Assembly (NCBI GenBank): GCA_001873745.1
Contig: MNZQ01000116.1
Location: 308-64,307 of the forward strand
Length of the DNA stretch: 64,000 nucleotides
Source: Syntrophaceae bacterium CG2_30_58_14
GTDB taxonomy: Bacteria; Desulfobacterota; Syntrophia; Syntrophales; UBA5619
Direction of reading: 5' to 3'
Shown piece by piece: positions 60,601 through 64,000 of this stretch. The position numbers and the translations under genes were made by a program. Below the pieces are notes generated by a model. That model searched no databases and had not been told where the DNA came from. It was given only the letters and a program-made list of their open reading frames with translations. Each line of letters starts with the position of its first letter. Position 1 is the stretch's first letter.

Positions 60601-61350
60601 ATCCAGCCAGAGGGCCGCGTTGCGAAGGCCTTCGACCCGGCCCTCCATTTCCGCTTCCAGTGACCGCTTCTCCTTCAGCACGTTTTGCAGATTTCCCTCT
60701 TCCTCATCGCTTAAAACCTGGATTCCCTGCAGTTCCGCCTGCAACAGCTCAAGAAGGTTCCGTTCTTCCGCGTGGCGCTCGTGAACCTTCATGGAGATTC
60801 GACTGTAGATTTCGGTCCCGGTGATCTGCTCCAGGATGGGCGCCCGCTTGTCGGGATCGGCCTGGAGAAAGGCCGTGAATTCCCCCTGGGCGAGCAGCAT
60901 CGAACGGGTGAAGCGCTCGAAGTCCATGCCCGTTACCTTTTCAATGAATGCCACCACCTGGGTGATCTTCGATTCCAGGACGGCCCCGGAATCGGCGTCG
61001 GCGATTTCATGCCTGGCCTGCTGCAACTCGCCTTCAGGGTGTTTCCGGGCGCGGCGCTGACTCCAGTGGCAGCGGTACCGGCCTTTCTGCGTCTCGAAGG
61101 TCACCTCGGCAAAGCACTCACCGGTCTGGCGCGACATGATCTCGTTGGCGCTTTTCGTCACCCGGTCCAGGCGGGGCGTACGGCCATATAAACCAAGGCA
61201 GACGGCGTCGAGGATGGTCGTCTTTCCGGCGCCGGTCGGGCCGGTAATCGCGAATATTCCGTTTGACGCATAGTCCGGATGGGTGAAATCCACCTGCCAT
61301 TCACCCGCGAGGGAATTCAGGTTTCGGAACCGCACGCCGAGGATTCTCAT
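57676..61350 (-). CDS. sbcC: Exonuclease SbcC (SMC-like ATPase of the SbcCD nuclease)
   Basis: MRILGVRFRNLNSLAGEWQVDFTHPDYASNGIFAITGPTGAGKTTILDAV (Walker A), long coiled coils, zinc hook CPLCG, C-terminal LSGGESF and LFLDEGFGTLD. ATG at 61350 overlaps the sbcD stop by 4 nt. Confidence 0.92.
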   Translation of the reverse strand: MRILGVRFRNLNSLAGEWQVDFTHPDYASNGIFAITGPTGAGKTTILDAVCLGLYGRTPRLDRVTKSANEIMSRQTGECFAEVTFETQKGRYRCHWSQRRARKHPEGELQQARHEIADADSGAVLESKITQVVAFIEKVTGMDFERFTRSMLLAQGEFTAFLQADPDKRAPILEQITGTEIYSRISMKVHERHAEERNLLELLQAELQGIQVLSDEEEGNLQNVLKEKRSLEAEMEGRVEGLRNAALWLDRVAALEREITELDGLLLDFEERRLAFAPESIRLAKSRKALGLEGDYRGVAALRIQQGSETGELAGAAATRPEKEKACAAALNRKQAAEAGLTEARSRQVVEAELLKKVRELDARLGEQKKQVAEKVKAIGDGERQGRGFKSNIEHLERALKKAQGDLKAIRDYLAGHAADAALLTNLAVIAREFESLRDSEAKQIKAKKAVAAADGKKASAGLTCGKLETDHEKSRREFEKGQTELRRLTVELAAILKGSDIGRWRDRVDALKERERLLIQAGEMIDRIDKTGRALEGLKTVLEAFHNGHQKISGEIQSCSGQKAVLEKGIGTLETEVALLGRIRDLEEERKRLEDGRPCPLCGATDHPYAKGNLPELNRAEAGLKKRKAEYKKTSETLGRLETEQVKTAAEIGHAEKEMGEKRAARDADEKACGEALLKLGIAHMGTDFKSVPICAALADVRLKMAETSGIVSVAEEKSKREKAAQTALEKLRTGSEKSDKALQEARHQRETAGREYERLIREQEILGEEARKARTAALKGVEPFGITQIPVTGIDALLRELTGRREAWQTRQDEKTAAEKGIGDLKAALDKDNALLSSLERDLAARRKDRDDLLMQVQSLSASRRELFGERNADQEEKWLAEAVERAGKVFEKAREEYGRMEKEIGALKEKIALLQEKTGKRAGELAQAEANLTERIIKAGFEDEAGYRSACLTEEARESLAAREKALVKEKTELDARRRDRSEALAAERERRLTDQPVETLRETIGACDSSLRQIRVDIGGITNSLGENEKLKEKQQDRLRTLDARKKECARWDDLHLLIGSADGKKFRNFAQGLTFERMTVHANLQLKKMTDRYMLIRDPLQPLELNVIDNYQAGEIRSTKNLSGGESFIVSLALALGLSQMASRNVRVDSLFLDEGFGTLDDETLETALSTLAGLHQEGKLIGVISHVPALKERIGTQIQVTPGTGGRSSLTGPGCRRI
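59260..59302. repeat. 43-nt perfect palindrome with the family-A core, in frame inside sbcC
   Basis: CGCGCATATGGGGACAGATTT-A-AAATCTGTCCCCATATGCGCG, translated as (I)[14 protein letters not shown] within the coiled-coil region. Confidence 0.9.
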
Positions 61351-62597
61351 ACTTTTCTCCGCTCCGGCTGTTCGGCCATCGGGTCCGCTTCCCGCAGGGA
61401 GACCACCGCCTCCCGGTATGCGGCCCAAAGCTCCGGCCGCTGCTCTTCCGGAACTTCATGCGCCTGAAGGCAGCGCTGGAACACCTCCGTCACGTCCAGG
61501 TCGGCAAGCGTTTCCTCCGCAGCCGTCCCGCTCATGGCGCGTTCAAGAACCCGGTTGTTTTTAATGCGGAGAATCTCGATGCCGCTCCCGGCAACGGCAT
61601 CATCCAGGCGCTCGCGCAGACTGCCGGCAACCTCATCCCCTTCGTAGATGATCTCCAGCCAGGCGCTGCTCCCCCGCGATTTCAGGCCGTCGATCTCCCG
61701 GGCGATGGCCGACCAATCCCCCCGCAGGGTCTTGAGCTCCTGGAACCTGGGAACCGGTATATTCGCGACTTGCGGCAAATGACCCGAAAACTCCACGCGA
61801 ACGACGCACTTGTCCTGCTCGGCCTCCCCGAAACCGATCGGCAGCGGGGAACCCGAATAGCGGATGAAGTCCGATCCGCCCACCCTCTGCGGGATGTGAA
61901 GATGCCCCAATGCCAGGTAGTCGATACATTTGGGAAAGACATCGGTTCGAACCTGGGCGAGCGAGCCGATATAGAGCTCCCGCACACCGTCGCCCTCCAC
62001 CGTCCGGCCGCCTGCCGCAAACAGATGCCCCATGGCGACAATCGGAACCGATTTTTTCAGCAGGGCGCGTTTCTGTTCGGCCGCTTCGCACACCCGACGG
62101 TAATGCGCCCTGATCCCCTCGATGATCTTTCTCTCCTTCTCCTCGACGCTTTCACCGGCCTCGGCGGTGCGGATCTCGCGGTCCCGGAGATAGGGGATTG
62201 CGCAGACAATCAGCCTTGGCTCCCGGTCCGGCCCGCGGATAACGATCAGTTCATCCGCGGGAGGATCGGCGGCGCACCCCACAACATGGACGTTGAGGCA
62301 TTTCAGGAGCTCCCGGGGCGCATTCAGGAAAGAGGGCGAATCGTGATTCCCGGCGGTCACCACCACGTGGCGGTTGGAAGAGACCGCCATGCGACACAGG
62401 AAACGGTAGTAGAGCTCCTGGGCATGGTTGCCGGGGGTGCTGTTGTCAAACACGTCCCCCGCCACCAGCAGAACATCGATGTTTTCCTCCTCGGCCCGAA
62501 CGGCCAACCAGTCCAGAAAGGCATCGAACTCCCCGTACCGCTCGCGGCCATAAAGCGTGCGGCCGATGTGCCAGTCGGATGTGTGCAGAACCTTCAT
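61347..62597 (-). CDS. sbcD: Exonuclease SbcD (Mre11-type phosphoesterase)
   Basis: MKVLHTSDWHIGRTLYG...LLVAGDVFD...VVTAGNHDS...GHLH, from ATG 62597-62595. Confidence 0.92.
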   Translation of the reverse strand: MKVLHTSDWHIGRTLYGRERYGEFDAFLDWLAVRAEEENIDVLLVAGDVFDNSTPGNHAQELYYRFLCRMAVSSNRHVVVTAGNHDSPSFLNAPRELLKCLNVHVVGCAADPPADELIVIRGPDREPRLIVCAIPYLRDREIRTAEAGESVEEKERKIIEGIRAHYRRVCEAAEQKRALLKKSVPIVAMGHLFAAGGRTVEGDGVRELYIGSLAQVRTDVFPKCIDYLALGHLHIPQRVGGSDFIRYSGSPLPIGFGEAEQDKCVVRVEFSGHLPQVANIPVPRFQELKTLRGDWSAIAREIDGLKSRGSSAWLEIIYEGDEVAGSLRERLDDAVAGSGIEILRIKNNRVLERAMSGTAAEETLADLDVTEVFQRCLQAHEVPEEQRPELWAAYREAVVSLREADPMAEQPERRKV

Positions 62598-62729
62598 CGC
62601 TCTCCTTTTCACACCGTTTTGCCGGTCAAGCCTGACGGCTACGTAAAAAGTCAGGGAGCGCATCATACCACAGAAGCCGTTCCGGGAGGCCGAAAAAAGG
62701 GGCGGGCAAAAGGAAATGATATTTTTTTC

Positions 62730-62757
62730 TTGACTTCCCGGCGGGAGAAAATAGAAT
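62730..62757 (+). promoter_or_regulatory. Candidate sigma-70 promoter of the TRAP SBP gene (TTGACT-N16-TAGAAT)
   Basis: TTGACT at 62730-35 and TAGAAT at 62752-57, preceded by a T-run; leaves a 5' UTR of about 90 nt. Confidence 0.55.
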
Positions 62758-62769
62758 GCGACCCCCTCC

Positions 62770-62809
62770 CCGGATTCGAAGGGAGGCAGGCGAGCCGGAG
62801 CGAATCCGG
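62770..62809 (+). promoter_or_regulatory. 5'-UTR stem-loop CCGGATTCG-N22-CGAATCCGG, with a competing CCCTCC/GGGAGG pairing
   Basis: 9-bp perfect stem read directly. The left arm can alternatively be enclosed by CCCTCC (62765-70) pairing with GGGAGG (62781-86). Confidence 0.4.
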
Positions 62810-62853
62810 TAAAGGTAAAGAATCAATAACTTATTAATTAAGGAGAGCCAAAA

Positions 62854-63981
62854 ATGAAGAAAATTGCACAGGAGACTTCCGTACTTAGACGTTCATTTCT
62901 GAAGAAGGCCGGCGCGGGCATCGCCGCAGGCGCGGGCCTCGCTGCCGGTATGAGCTTCGCGGCGCCTGCGGTTCATGCCCAGCCAACGTTGCGCTGGCGC
63001 CTCGCTTCCAGCTTCCCCAAGTCGCTGGATGCGCTGATCGGCCCCGCCGAGGCGTTCGCCAAGATGGTGAGCGCGATGTCCGGCGGCAAGTTCACGATCA
63101 CGGTCCATCCGGCCGGCGAACTTGTCCCCGCCTTCGGCGTGCTTGACGCGGTGCAGAACGCCACTATCGAATGCTGCCAGACCGCCCCCTACTATTTCTT
63201 CGGCAAGGACGACACCTTCGCGCTGGCAACGGCCATCCCCTTCGGCCTCAACTCGCGCCAGATGACGGCTTGGCTGTTCGAGGGCAACGGTCTGAAGCTG
63301 TTGCGCGAGTTCATGAGGAACTACAACATCATCGACTTTCCGATGGGCAACACCGGCGCCCAGATGGGCGGCTGGTACCGCAAGGAGATCAAGTCGCTTG
63401 CCGACTTGAAGGGGCTCAAGATGCGCACCGCCGGGATCGCCGGAAAGGTGCAGGAACGGCTTGGTGTGCAGACGGTAAGCATGCCCGGCGGGGAGGTCTA
63501 TACATCGCTCGAGAAGGGGACGATCGACGCTGTCGAGTGGGTCGGACCCTACGACGACCTGAAACTGGGCTTCTACAAGGTGGCGCCCAACTACTACTAT
63601 CCCGGCTGGTGGGAGGGCTGCGCAAATTGCGAACTCTACGTCAACATCAAGGCCTATGAGGCGCTGCCCGCCGAGTACAAGGCGATGATCGAGGCGGCGT
63701 CGGCGCGTGCGCACGTGCTGATGCAGGCCATATACGACGCCAAGAACCCGATCGCGCTGAAGACATTGGTGGCCGGCGGCGCCAAGCTGCATCGCTTCCC
63801 GAAGGACGTCATGGACGCCGCCTTCAAGGAGGCCATGGCTCTGTACAGCGAGCTCTCCGCAAAGAATCCCCGCTGGAAAAAGGTGTATGAGGACTACAGC
63901 AAGTTCCGCGCCGACGAGAACATGTGGTTCCGCTTCGCCGAGGCCGGCTTCGATGAATTCATGCACGCGCAGAGACTCTAA
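62854..63981 (+). CDS. TRAP transporter substrate-binding protein (DctP family) with a twin-arginine-type signal peptide
   Basis: MKKIAQETSVLRRSFLKKAGAGIAAGAGLAAGMSFAAPAVHAQ, followed by a DctP-like mature domain (375 aa). Confidence 0.85.
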   Translation: MKKIAQETSVLRRSFLKKAGAGIAAGAGLAAGMSFAAPAVHAQPTLRWRLASSFPKSLDALIGPAEAFAKMVSAMSGGKFTITVHPAGELVPAFGVLDAVQNATIECCQTAPYYFFGKDDTFALATAIPFGLNSRQMTAWLFEGNGLKLLREFMRNYNIIDFPMGNTGAQMGGWYRKEIKSLADLKGLKMRTAGIAGKVQERLGVQTVSMPGGEVYTSLEKGTIDAVEWVGPYDDLKLGFYKVAPNYYYPGWWEGCANCELYVNIKAYEALPAEYKAMIEAASARAHVLMQAIYDAKNPIALKTLVAGGAKLHRFPKDVMDAAFKEAMALYSELSAKNPRWKKVYEDYSKFRADENMWFRFAEAGFDEFMHAQRL

Positions 63982-64000
63982 TTCCTGTGGCGATGCCTAC

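Overview
GC-rich (about 60%) bacterial chromosome segment. About half of it (4.6-34.2 kb, all on the minus strand) is one co-linear translation/transcription supercluster. In transcription order it reads: tRNA-Thr/Tyr/Gly/Thr, rpmG, tRNA-Trp, secE, nusG, rplKAJL, rpoBC, rpsLG, tuf, then the S10, spc and alpha operons ending at rplQ. fusA and adk are missing from their usual slots. Left of the supercluster lie an EF-Tu-domain-like small protein, folC, lptD and rplM-rpsI. To the right lie DUF1178, tRNA-Pro and a tightly coupled minus-strand operon (hldA/rfaE-like kinase, DUF4416, yicC, gmk, rpoZ, rlmB, lone pilC). These are followed by plus-strand plsC-uppP-ftsK-rimO, a phnW-ald pair, and pxpCBA (5-oxoprolinase). 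Next comes a roughly 6.3 kb low-GC islet (five Liv-type ABC genes plus a DUF1445/D-glutamate-cyclase-family gene), then sbcDC and a TRAP solute-binding protein. No CRISPR array, rRNA, integrase or transposase was seen. I found no convincing new multi-gene system. The most unusual signals are small-scale: (1) a perfect palindromic repeat, GGGGACAGATTT-N-AAATCTGTCCCC, in four r-protein operon spacers, plus an extended 43-nt copy inserted in frame in the sbcC coiled coil; (2) a sister palindrome sharing the GGGGACA/TGTCCCC ends, flanking rplA; (3) heptamer tandem arrays in the rpoB-rpoC, rpsK-rpsD and SBP-livH spacers; (4) the low-GC DUF1445+ABC islet next to pxpABC. All functional calls rest on my recognition of the translated ORFs and motifs; no database search was run.
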